Assembly (NCBI GenBank): GCA_008297865.1 | Contig: VBQI01000001.1 | Location: 1 to 34,038, forward strand | DNA: 34,038 nucleotides | Reading direction: 5' to 3' | Source of the DNA: Thermoplasmata archaeon | GTDB taxonomy: Archaea; Thermoplasmatota; E2; UBA202; JdFR-43 | Shown: piece by piece, positions 23,185 to 31,999 of the stretch | Layout: every line of letters starts with the position of its first letter | Position numbering within the stretch: the stretch's first letter is position 1 | Notes under the pieces: generated by a model | The model's database searches: none | Told to the model about the DNA's origin: nothing | Seen by the model: only the letters and a program-made list of their open reading frames with translations | Made by a program: the position numbers and the translations under genes

Positions 23185-25674
23185 TCACACATCAAATATC
23201 CACGCCTCTATTTCATCATCCGCTATTTTTCCGTTTTTATATGCCACAACTTTTATTTCATGCCATCCGATGGCAAATTCATTCCATTGCCATTCATATG
23301 GTGGAGTTTCATCTGTAAATTTTAGTTCATTGTCTACATAAAATTCCACTTTATTTGCCTGTGGATAAACTGCAGTTTCTACTGTTATTTTTCCTATAAC
23401 TAGAGGAATATCAAAATCCATTATGTATCTGTCCATAACATAGATGCCATTTCTTGGCTTTGTTATCTCAACATATAAACTCTCATTTCCTTTCATAAAT
23501 TCATCCGCCAGTTGCCTTACAACTTCCCATCTATCATTTCCTTCTTCATCATACCTATCTTTGCTGAGCCATTCTGTATAGCCAGCTGGATTATCCCATG
23601 GATACCAGAAAATGCCATCAAGCTTATTTTTCTCAAAAACTTTTCTGCCAAATTCAAGCATTTCCATAGCAGAAGGCATTCTATATGCTGTGCCTTCTAT
23701 TCCAAATGATTGAATCGCAAAGAAAAGTTTCATACGCAACCCCTTTTTTCTTATAAGCTCATAATCAGCATCTATTCTTTTTAAAGCATCTTCTTCACTA
23801 CCCTCAGCTCCTCCAAAACAATGAAGCCATATTCCAGCAATATCTGCAATCCCATCTTCTATTCTTGTATCTGGATTGTTATCAAAACATGAAAGACAAC
23901 CAAAAGCAACGAATAAATTAACATGAGGGGCAACGCTCTTAAGCTTTGAATAAAGCATTTTCATTTGCTCTGTAGTGAATGGATTTCCATTATTCCAAAA
24001 TGGCTCATGAGACATAAGAACAGCTAGTAAAGCTTCCTTGCCATTACTAACATATTCTTCCGCAAACTGCAAAACTTCTATGCCTTCAGAAACATCCCAA
24101 TCTGAGCCGTTCCATTTCCATGGTGTGTATTGATGACCATGACCAAGAGGCCATATTATAATTTTTATTCCATTTTTCTCTGCTTCTTCCAAAGCTTCTT
24201 GCCATTTTTGCACATTGCATTCTAAAGCAAGGGTAGCAAAATTTCCTCCTAAATAATTTTTAAGGAAGGAAAAATCGCTTGGCTTCATGGTATCTACTCC
24301 ATAATAAATTGTGCGAGGAAATTCAAATGCTCCTATGTCATATTCTTTGCCTCTGGGACGCCAGTTTCCATCAAAGTCATATGAAGGAGCATCCATGGAA
24401 GAGCCATTGTCTATAGCTGGCGAACCAACTTGCAAATGAAAATCTCCATTGGAAGCATTGATAAATTTTGGCTCTCCTACAACATAATCTTCGCCATAAT
24501 AATCGCTATAACCATAAATCAAGTTATGGTCTAAAACAAAATTTTTCAGATTGCCTTCAATTTCAATTTGGCTTCCACTATTTCCGCTACATATATTATT
24601 CCTTATGACGACATTTTCTGCATCTGGATTTTCATGATATATGCCAACTCCCCATTCTCCTCCATTGTAGCAAAAATTATTGTTTATTATCGTTATATTC
24701 CTCATTGGATGCTTATATCCATAATCCCATCCTCCAATTTCCATTCCCGCCCATTCATTATGATATGCAATATTGTTGTATAGCCTGACATTTTCCAGCA
24801 GTCCCCCTCTTTCAGAAGCAACTACAAAGCCAGCTGAGCAATTATATACGATGTTTCCAAAAACTTCTATATTATAGGTATGCTTATCCCATGCATCAAC
24901 ATAAATGCCAAGCCTGTTCAAATCATGAACAACATTTCCAAAAACTTTTCCATTTGATGAACCATCTTTGACATCGATGCCTTCCCCGCCTAAGGAGCCA
25001 GGTCCGCCATGATGAACATGATTGTATTTTACCTCGAAGCCATCTGTTGTAGCTATTGTTATGCATTCCTGCTCGCCATCATTGCATGCTAGCTCAACCT
25101 CATTATTACTTATGATTATATGGCTACTCTCCCATACTCCTATGCCAGAAGAAGTTGTATTGTAAATAGAGTTGTTCTCAATGATGATATGGCTGGCGTT
25201 GTAAATCAATATGCCAGCATTATTGATATGAAAACCAGCATTTCTTATTTTAAAGCCACAGATGCAAATATAACTTTTGTTTGATATATGGATTAAGCCA
25301 ACCAAGTCATCTGGCAGTGTAATATTACTTCCATCTATTATTACTTCATCGCCAGCATAGGCAATATATGAAATGTAAGCTCCGTTCCTTCCAGAATTTT
25401 TTGGAATAACCTTTTCCTTATAAACTCCTTCCTTAACATAAACAGTATCTCCTGCTTGAAGCGTGCTAGCTGCTTTGCTTATTGTTTTCCAGGGCAAATC
25501 TTCTGTTCCAGGATTGCTATCATTTGCTAATAGGTGGCTTTGATCAACGTAATAAACATTTCCTCCATATGATGAGGTTGATGAATTTGCTTTTAGATGA
25601 ATTGGCGAAATTAAAGAAAAGACAACAAACATTATAACAAATAAATTTTTCATTAAGAAAAATGAGCGAGTCAT
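23185..25674 (-). CDS. Secreted multi-domain protein: right-handed parallel beta-helix (pectate-lyase fold) + TIM-barrel glycosidase-like region + C-terminal Ig-like domain
   Basis: Signal segment. 'YYVDQS...GTEDLPWKTISKAASTLQAGDTVYVKEGVY' followed by repeated 'I.I.NN.I.N' PbH1-like turns. 'GSPAIDNG...DFDGNWRPRG..YDIGAFEF' closes the helix. The C-terminal 97 aa are shared with two other proteins in the window. Confidence 0.7.
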   Translation of the reverse strand: MTRSFFLMKNLFVIMFVVFSLISPIHLKANSSTSSYGGNVYYVDQSHLLANDSNPGTEDLPWKTISKAASTLQAGDTVYVKEGVYKEKVIPKNSGRNGAYISYIAYAGDEVIIDGSNITLPDDLVGLIHISNKSYICICGFKIRNAGFHINNAGILIYNASHIIIENNSIYNTTSSGIGVWESSHIIISNNEVELACNDGEQECITIATTDGFEVKYNHVHHGGPGSLGGEGIDVKDGSSNGKVFGNVVHDLNRLGIYVDAWDKHTYNIEVFGNIVYNCSAGFVVASERGGLLENVRLYNNIAYHNEWAGMEIGGWDYGYKHPMRNITIINNNFCYNGGEWGVGIYHENPDAENVVIRNNICSGNSGSQIEIEGNLKNFVLDHNLIYGYSDYYGEDYVVGEPKFINASNGDFHLQVGSPAIDNGSSMDAPSYDFDGNWRPRGKEYDIGAFEFPRTIYYGVDTMKPSDFSFLKNYLGGNFATLALECNVQKWQEALEEAEKNGIKIIIWPLGHGHQYTPWKWNGSDWDVSEGIEVLQFAEEYVSNGKEALLAVLMSHEPFWNNGNPFTTEQMKMLYSKLKSVAPHVNLFVAFGCLSCFDNNPDTRIEDGIADIAGIWLHCFGGAEGSEEDALKRIDADYELIRKKGLRMKLFFAIQSFGIEGTAYRMPSAMEMLEFGRKVFEKNKLDGIFWYPWDNPAGYTEWLSKDRYDEEGNDRWEVVRQLADEFMKGNESLYVEITKPRNGIYVMDRYIMDFDIPLVIGKITVETAVYPQANKVEFYVDNELKFTDETPPYEWQWNEFAIGWHEIKVVAYKNGKIADDEIEAWIFDV

Positions 25675-25804
25675 ATTTTACTTTTACTAAATGAAAGAAA
25701 TTTAATGAAATTTGCATGAAAGAGATCACAATAGTATAATTCATCAAAGATTGAGTATCCAGATCTCTTGTTCATCACTTACCATGTTATCATGCATAGT
25801 CATG

Positions 25805-26896
25805 TTATTCTATTGGTGGAAGCTCTTTTTCATTAATTCCAGCAACCCATGCTACACATCTCCTAACAATCCACCAATTGTAGCTTGATGGTAAAAACTT
25901 TCTATCTCTCCACCTAAATAAGCCAAGGCCAAATAAATGATTAAATTTATTATCTACTTCATAAATTTCTCCCCCCTTCCATACAGGATGCTCTGGATGA
26001 TGCCCAAAAATTATTACCCTTCCTTTTCCATATTTACATGCCATCCCCGCTGGTTTTCCTGCTAAATGGGTTTCTATAAGCCTATTTTCCATATCCCAAA
26101 AATCAAAAGGCTCTTTTGGATGGAGAGAAAATCTCCAAGCATGAATGGATGTACTTTTATTTCCATTTTTACCAGATATATTTTCATCTGGAAACCATGC
26201 CAAAATGCTTACGTTACCAACTGGAATCAATGCGGGACCAGCAACCCATCTCATCAGCCTTTTATTATTTTCATATCCCTTAAAAATTGGATGGCTATTG
26301 TTTATTTTACAATACTGACAAATTCCAGTTCCATTTATGGATAAATTATACCAAACATAAGCAGAGAAGCCTACCCTAAACGGATTTTTCCATATTATGC
26401 AGGAAGCAAAAGGATCCGCCATGTCTTGATAGGAATATACAGGAACAATGCCAATGGCTGCTTCATTCATAAACCATTCCCACATTGTCCAATGCTTCCA
26501 TCCTCTTTGGCTGGGCGGAAGCAAACCTAAAGATGCAATATTTGCTCCACCGCATACTCCAAAATATCCACCTCCATTAGCAACAAAACTGCGCAATTCC
26601 TTTTTCCATAATGACAAATTTTTGTTTATTCTCCAAAATTCTTTTCCTATTCCAGGAATAACTACAACATCATATTTCTTAAGTTTTCCAGCAATAATTT
26701 CAAAATCTGTAATCCAATCTGCCTCAAATCTATATGTTTTGTTACAATGCCATTTATAGCCATCTAAAATTTCCATCATCTCTGGGGGAGAAGTAAATGA
26801 TGGAATTGCTGAATCAAGAATAGCAATTTTTATGACAACTTCCTGAGAAGGAAAACAAGTTGATATTGCTACAATTAGAAATAACATCCATTTCAT
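25805..26896 (-). CDS. Secreted/anchored protein with class I glutamine-amidotransferase-like (BPL_N-like) fold
   Basis: 'KIAILDS...KKYDVVVIPGIG...FVANGGGYFGVCGGANIAS' resembles a GATase1-like nucleophile-elbow region. I prefer the start at ATG 26896 (MKWMLFLIVAISTCF signal). Confidence 0.5.
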   Translation of the reverse strand: MKWMLFLIVAISTCFPSQEVVIKIAILDSAIPSFTSPPEMMEILDGYKWHCNKTYRFEADWITDFEIIAGKLKKYDVVVIPGIGKEFWRINKNLSLWKKELRSFVANGGGYFGVCGGANIASLGLLPPSQRGWKHWTMWEWFMNEAAIGIVPVYSYQDMADPFASCIIWKNPFRVGFSAYVWYNLSINGTGICQYCKINNSHPIFKGYENNKRLMRWVAGPALIPVGNVSILAWFPDENISGKNGNKSTSIHAWRFSLHPKEPFDFWDMENRLIETHLAGKPAGMACKYGKGRVIIFGHHPEHPVWKGGEIYEVDNKFNHLFGLGLFRWRDRKFLPSSYNWWIVRRCVAWVAGINEKELPPIE

Positions 26897-26996
26897 GAAT
26901 GTAAATTCATAAGCATTAAAAATATTTTGGGAAAACTTTATAAATAACATTCATATTATTAACGTCCATTATTTGAACGTTCATAGGGAGGATGTT

Positions 26997-27623
26997 ATGA
27001 AAATACTACTTGTAATGCCAGCTATAAAGCCCAATGCATCTCTTTATGAAAAATTATTGCTAAAGCTTACAATGTGGTCTTCTATTACTTTACAACAATT
27101 ATATGCACTAACAGATGATGAGCATGAAGTAAAAATTATAGATGAAAATTATGAAAAGATAAGATATGATGGAAACTATGATTTGGTAGCTATTTCCACC
27201 TTCACTTCTACAGCTTTTCGTGCATATGAAATTGCAGATAGATTTAGGGGAAAGGGCATAAAGGTAGTACTCGGGGGATACCATCCAACAGCTTTGCCGG
27301 AGGAAGCGAAGCAGCATGCAGACGCTGTTGTCATAGGAGAAGCAGAAGGAGTTTGGCAGACTTTATTGGAGGATGCTGAAAAAGATGATTTAAAGCCATT
27401 TTATATAAGCAATCCAGTTAGTGGCGAGGAAATTATATCGCCTGTAGAAAACAAATATTTCTCTATTGTTAAAGGAGTGGAGGCTACAAGAGGATGTATA
27501 AACAGGTGTAATTTTTGCGCAATTTCAAATTCTTTAATAGGTTGTAAGTTTAGGAAAAAACCAATTGAAAGAGTAATAAAGGAGATAGAAAATTTGAAAT
27601 GCAAGAGCTTTGTTTTTTTATGA
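26997..27623 (+). CDS. B12-binding-domain radical SAM protein, N-terminal part (frameshifted)
   Basis: GGGAGGATGTT SD before the ATG at 26997. B12-binding-like 'YDLVAISTFTSTA...KVVLGGYHPT'. Radical SAM 'ATRGCINRCNFCAI' (CxxxCxxC). The ORF ends right after a T7 run. Confidence 0.7.
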   Translation: MKILLVMPAIKPNASLYEKLLLKLTMWSSITLQQLYALTDDEHEVKIIDENYEKIRYDGNYDLVAISTFTSTAFRAYEIADRFRGKGIKVVLGGYHPTALPEEAKQHADAVVIGEAEGVWQTLLEDAEKDDLKPFYISNPVSGEEIISPVENKYFSIVKGVEATRGCINRCNFCAISNSLIGCKFRKKPIERVIKEIENLKCKSFVFL

Positions 27624-28335
27624 TTCTTCATTGACTATTGATGCAAAATATACTAAAGAACTGTTTAAGAGATTAAAAGAACTCAATAAAAATTTTGCAT
27701 GTTTTGGAAATGCAAATGTTTTGGCGAGAGATGAAGAATTGTTGAAATTAGCTTATGATGCAGGTTGTGTTGCTTGGGCTGTGGGATTTGAAAGCGTTTT
27801 GCAAAGCACATTAAGTAGCATAGGAAAAAGAAATAGAGTAGATGACTATGAAAAGGTAGTTAAAAAAGTAAATGAGTATGGAATGGCATTAATTGCTTCT
27901 TTTGTTTTTGGTTTTGATAACGATACAGAAAATGTATTTAATGAAACTCTTAACGCCCTTTATAAATGGAATGTAGATTCAATAGGTGTCAATATACTTA
28001 CTCCCTTTCCAGGAACACCGTTATTTAGACAACTTGATAATGAGGGCAGAATTTTAACAAAAAACTGGAGTAAATATGATTTATATCATGTTGTTCATTT
28101 GCCAAAAAGAATGACACCAGAAAAGCTATACAATGGAGTAAAAATGTTGGCTGAAAATTTCTTTTCATTTTCGAACATACTTAAAAAAATCTTTGGGAAG
28201 AAATTTGATTTTATAACTAGAGCATCTCTGTCATATCATTTATTTACTTCCAGGGCCGTATACAAAGCAGTTTTTAAAGAAAAAGAAGAAATTGTGAGTA
28301 AAGAAAATCTCTGTAAAGCCATCATAAGAATTTAA
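27610..28335 (+). CDS. B12-binding-domain radical SAM protein, C-terminal part (frameshifted)
   Basis: It continues the radical SAM barrel in the +1 frame: 'FFYDSSLTIDAKYTKELFKRL...GFESV...NILTPFPGTPLF'. It has only a TTG 'start' that lies inside the T-run region. Confidence 0.65.
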   Translation: MFFYDSSLTIDAKYTKELFKRLKELNKNFACFGNANVLARDEELLKLAYDAGCVAWAVGFESVLQSTLSSIGKRNRVDDYEKVVKKVNEYGMALIASFVFGFDNDTENVFNETLNALYKWNVDSIGVNILTPFPGTPLFRQLDNEGRILTKNWSKYDLYHVVHLPKRMTPEKLYNGVKMLAENFFSFSNILKKIFGKKFDFITRASLSYHLFTSRAVYKAVFKEKEEIVSKENLCKAIIRI

Positions 28336-28456
28336 GGAAAAAAGTAAAGAAAGAAATGGTTGTCATTGGTTTATTGCGTGAGGAATTGCCATAGCAACGA
28401 ATCCCCTTTCATTATTTTTTATCAAATTGTTGATGATTTTGCATTCACCGTCCTTT

Positions 28457-30775
28457 CTATAAAATTTTAATCACTACCGTCTCATCACTTGCCTTATCTC
28501 CCTTACTATATGTAATAACCTTTATCTCTCGTTGCCCTAAAGAAAATTCATCCCATGTCCATTGATAAGGTGAGGCATCATCCTCATATTTAAGCTCATC
28601 ATTTATATAAAACTCCACTTTGTTTCCATTTGTTTCTGCCTCAATTGTTATCCTTCCTATTATAACAGCTTTATCAGATGCAATGGGCATTATTTCTCTA
28701 TCCATAAAATAAAGCATTCCTTCTCTTGGTTTTGTTATGGCTACATATAACTTACTTTCATTTAATGAATAAAGTAAAGTTGCCTGAGTATAAAGTGTGA
28801 AACTTATTATGCTCTCATCTTTTTCCTTTTTTACATCCACGTTCCTCCATCCTCCCATAAAATCGAGCAGTTTTGCTTCCGTTACATTTCCTCTTATTCT
28901 AATTTCTATATCTTGCGGAGAAGGAACGGCATTTTTCCATCTTATCCCATTGAAATTTAAAATGCGAATCATCTTTTGGCTACCTTTTTCATATGGAATT
29001 GCAATAACATTTCCTGTAATGCTGAAAGGCAATGAAATATTTGCTTTTTCGAACAATTTTAAAAATTCATCCCTTATTTCTTCTGCCTCTTTTTCATAAC
29101 TAAAATTACTCCATGGTTGCGCCGCCCAGTAATAGTATCTGCCTAAAGGAGTTATTGTAAAAATTGCTTTTCCCTTGCCATATTCATTTTCATAAATTTG
29201 CCAATCTTTTGCTTCATTATAGCTTATGCCAAAAACATCGCTTAAGAGAAAATCATCCCGCTTTGCCCCATATTTTGTGTATAGCGATGTTTCATTTATT
29301 ACAACAATTTTTCCTCCATTTGCAACGTATTGCCTTATTTTTTCTGCTTCGCTTTCATCCATGCATGCATAATCTGGCAATATAACCAAATCGTATTTGG
29401 AAAGATTGTCTAAATCTCTTTCCGTTATCACTTCAAAAGGTATATTTGATTCAATGAGTATCATTAAAATTCCCTTGATGCCATCATGATATGCATATCC
29501 TTCCCAACTTCCTCTATCCAAATAATCTAAAGTATAACGTGAAAATACGACGGCTACATTTGCATCATAGTTCCATCCATAGAAATATTCGTCATGACCG
29601 CCAAGCCATTCAAAGAAATCATGCATAAATTGTTCATCAACTATGCCTGCCATTCCTATGTCGCCAGATGTATAATAATTGAAACCCATTGTTATAACTA
29701 AGGAGGCATGAAATCTTGCCACATCAACTTTGCCATGCTTAACATAAGAAAGAAGCCATACTGCATCTTTGCCAGCTTTTAAATCAAAATCATGCCATAG
29801 CTTAAGTGTAGCAAGCATATGAAGCCATCTGTAATACTGGCATTCATGGTATGGACCAGTATATTCATGGGCTATTGCATCGCAAACATATGGCATTCTT
29901 GTGATATCGCTCGCAATCTGAGTTGTATGAACACTCCCATCTGAAGAAGTTTCAATAATAAGCTTGCAATCTGGATTTACTTCCTTTATTGCATTGTAAA
30001 AGTCCCTTACAAAATCCAAAATTTGTTTATAGCGCCATTCAACAAATTTGAGCCATACTTCATCATTCCAATCTGGCTGAATTGGAGGAGTTGGTAGCAA
30101 TAAGCCAGTATCATTGTAAAAATCTCTCCCACTATATTCATCAACTGTACTCCATTGATTTTGCCAGTCATCGCCAAATTCAAAGCAGAGATGAGGAACA
30201 TCAAACCATATAGCATCTATGCCCGTAGAGGCAACTTCCTTTGCAATATTCATTATGATTTTGCGATACTCTTTATTGCTTGGGCTAAGCCAAACATCCT
30301 CACTTGTTTCATCAACCCAGAAAGGCATTCCTGGCATACTGCCATAAAAAACCGCTTTTCTGCCGTCGATGCCAACTTGAAGCCATTCGGGGTGATCAGT
30401 ATAGGTGCTATTTTTTCCATCATCATCCTTTCCATCTTTATTCAAATCGGCATCGGGCGTTTGCATTTCTAGTGGCCCGATATAAACCATGTATTTTATT
30501 TCAGGATAATGAGAATGAACATATTCGACTCGTTGCCTAAATTCATTTAAACTTTCATTGAAATGGAGTATTCTTCCTTGATAAGTATCGCTAAAATCAG
30601 CCCAATCTAAAATTACATTTGCTCCATTGCTGACAGCCCTGTCCAAGCCTTCTTCCCATGACAAGTTATAACCGTATGGTGTAGTTATTCTGGCGTGGGT
30701 AAGCCAATCATCTGTAGTAATGAAGAAAGGTTGGAAAATCATTGCGAATACTAATAAAGTAATTATGCCCTTCAT
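28457..30775 (-). CDS. Secreted glycoside-hydrolase-like protein (TIM-barrel GHL-type + GH42-trimerisation/GATase-like module) with C-terminal Ig-like domain
   Basis: Signal 'MKGIITLLVFAMIF'. 'VAVVFSRYT...IPFEVITERDL..LSKYDLVILPDYACMDESEAEKIRQYVANGGKIVV' resembles the beta-galactosidase trimerisation domain. The C-terminal 97 aa are homologous to the 829-aa protein's C-terminus. ATG 30775 lies ~25-30 nt downstream of AATTTTTATAGG. Confidence 0.6.
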   Translation of the reverse strand: MKGIITLLVFAMIFQPFFITTDDWLTHARITTPYGYNLSWEEGLDRAVSNGANVILDWADFSDTYQGRILHFNESLNEFRQRVEYVHSHYPEIKYMVYIGPLEMQTPDADLNKDGKDDDGKNSTYTDHPEWLQVGIDGRKAVFYGSMPGMPFWVDETSEDVWLSPSNKEYRKIIMNIAKEVASTGIDAIWFDVPHLCFEFGDDWQNQWSTVDEYSGRDFYNDTGLLLPTPPIQPDWNDEVWLKFVEWRYKQILDFVRDFYNAIKEVNPDCKLIIETSSDGSVHTTQIASDITRMPYVCDAIAHEYTGPYHECQYYRWLHMLATLKLWHDFDLKAGKDAVWLLSYVKHGKVDVARFHASLVITMGFNYYTSGDIGMAGIVDEQFMHDFFEWLGGHDEYFYGWNYDANVAVVFSRYTLDYLDRGSWEGYAYHDGIKGILMILIESNIPFEVITERDLDNLSKYDLVILPDYACMDESEAEKIRQYVANGGKIVVINETSLYTKYGAKRDDFLLSDVFGISYNEAKDWQIYENEYGKGKAIFTITPLGRYYYWAAQPWSNFSYEKEAEEIRDEFLKLFEKANISLPFSITGNVIAIPYEKGSQKMIRILNFNGIRWKNAVPSPQDIEIRIRGNVTEAKLLDFMGGWRNVDVKKEKDESIISFTLYTQATLLYSLNESKLYVAITKPREGMLYFMDREIMPIASDKAVIIGRITIEAETNGNKVEFYINDELKYEDDASPYQWTWDEFSLGQREIKVITYSKGDKASDETVVIKIL

Positions 30776-31026
30776 ATTGACCAACCTATTTTGCCTATAA
30801 AAATTTACTGTTATTGCTGTGTTCCTGATATCATGGCTCTCCTATTATTATTTCAAATGGTTTTGCTGGCATTTGTTTGATAATCTTTTATTTTTAGATG
30901 ATATCATTTTATAAATTTGATACAGATGAGGAGGATATTTGCAATATTTATTGTCTAGTAAGCTTTGATAAGCAAAATCGAGTCAAAAAATCGAAATAAA
31001 TATATAGGATTTTTTACTATAAACTC

Positions 31027-31096
31027 GGAAGGATAGGCTGGTAGCGAAAGGCATCCCATCCCCTCCCATTTGGTGCTTTTTTGTGCCTATCCTTCC
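31027..31096. other. 12-bp perfect inverted repeat with 46-nt spacer (possible structured RNA or element remnant)
   Basis: 'ggaaggataggc' (31027-31038) pairs with 'gcctatccttcc' (31085-31096). The spacer is C-rich (catcccatcccctccca) and ends in T6. Confidence 0.3.
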
Positions 31097-31138
31097 AACA
31101 ATTCCATACATTTTTTAATTAGAATTATATATCCCTCC

Positions 31139-31999
31139 ATGAAAGAAAAGATTGCTAATGAAATTGCAAATTTGCTTTCAAAAGCTGTTATAGACTTGCC
31201 AAGAGATGTTGAAGAAGCATTAAAAAAAGCAATGGAAAATGAGGAAGGAGTCGCAAAAGCACAGCTTATGGCTATTCTAAAGAATGTTGAGCTGGCAAGA
31301 AAACAGAAAAAACCAATGTGCCAAGATACAGGAACACTGACTTTTTTCGTTAAACTTGGTGTAAATTTTCCATATAGGGATATCATTAAGGACGCAATAA
31401 TTGAAGGGGTTAGAAAAGCAACTTTACAAGTGCCTCTTCGTCCAAATGCCGTTGATGTTCTCACTAGAAAAAATAGCGGTGATAATACAGGAAGATTTGT
31501 CCCTCCAATACATTGGGAATTGACAGACGGAGATGACTGCATTATAACAGCTATGCCAAAAGGAGGAGGCTCAGAAAATATGTCGACGCTACGCATGCTG
31601 AAGCCAGGTGTTGGCTTAAAAGGCGTTAAAAAATTTGTTTTAGAATGGATGGTCGAAGCAGCGGGCAATCCATGCCCACCTACAGTAGTAGGCGTTGGCA
31701 TTGGCGGGGGGGCAGATGTGTCAATGGAATTGGCAAAAAAGGCTTTACTTCGTAAAGTTGGGCAGAGACATGAAAACAAGGAGATAGCAAAAATGGAGGG
31801 GGAATTGCTTGAAGCAATAAATTCAACAGGCATAGGGGCAATGGGATTAGGTGGTAGAATAACTGTTTTAGATGTTCATGTTGAGGTAGCTCATCGGCAT
31901 CCTGCTTCATTGCCTGTTGCCATCGCTGTCCAGTGTTGGGCGGATAGAAGGAAAAGTATAAGAATTGATAAGGAGGGAAAAATATGGAATATAGATTAA
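31139..31999 (+). CDS. Class I (Fe-S) fumarate hydratase / L(+)-tartrate dehydratase, alpha subunit
   Basis: 'KPMCQDTGT' signature, 'MPKGGGSEN', 'PCPPTVVGVGIGG'. The track start at 31070 is a non-ATG extension, so I prefer ATG 31139 (MKEKIANEI). Confidence 0.85.
   Translation: MKEKIANEIANLLSKAVIDLPRDVEEALKKAMENEEGVAKAQLMAILKNVELARKQKKPMCQDTGTLTFFVKLGVNFPYRDIIKDAIIEGVRKATLQVPLRPNAVDVLTRKNSGDNTGRFVPPIHWELTDGDDCIITAMPKGGGSENMSTLRMLKPGVGLKGVKKFVLEWMVEAAGNPCPPTVVGVGIGGGADVSMELAKKALLRKVGQRHENKEIAKMEGELLEAINSTGIGAMGLGGRITVLDVHVEVAHRHPASLPVAIAVQCWADRRKSIRIDKEGKIWNID

Noticed and set aside
30785-31026. Possible C/D-box sRNA (GATGA-like and CTGA-like motifs; repeated 'tgatatcat' at ~30829 and ~30900)
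   Set aside because: There are no exact RUGAUGA/CUGA box pairs with terminal complementarity at C/D sRNA spacing. The repeated 9-mer contains the palindrome GATATC and could be chance.
31087-31833. Long antisense ORF (248 aa) opposite the fumarase alpha subunit, and similar antisense ORFs at 11355..11711, 19313..19777, 8993..9349 and 5917..6195
   Set aside because: Each lies fully inside a gene with clear family motifs on the other strand. Their translations are low-complexity, Ser/Phe/Ile-rich, mirror-image sequences.
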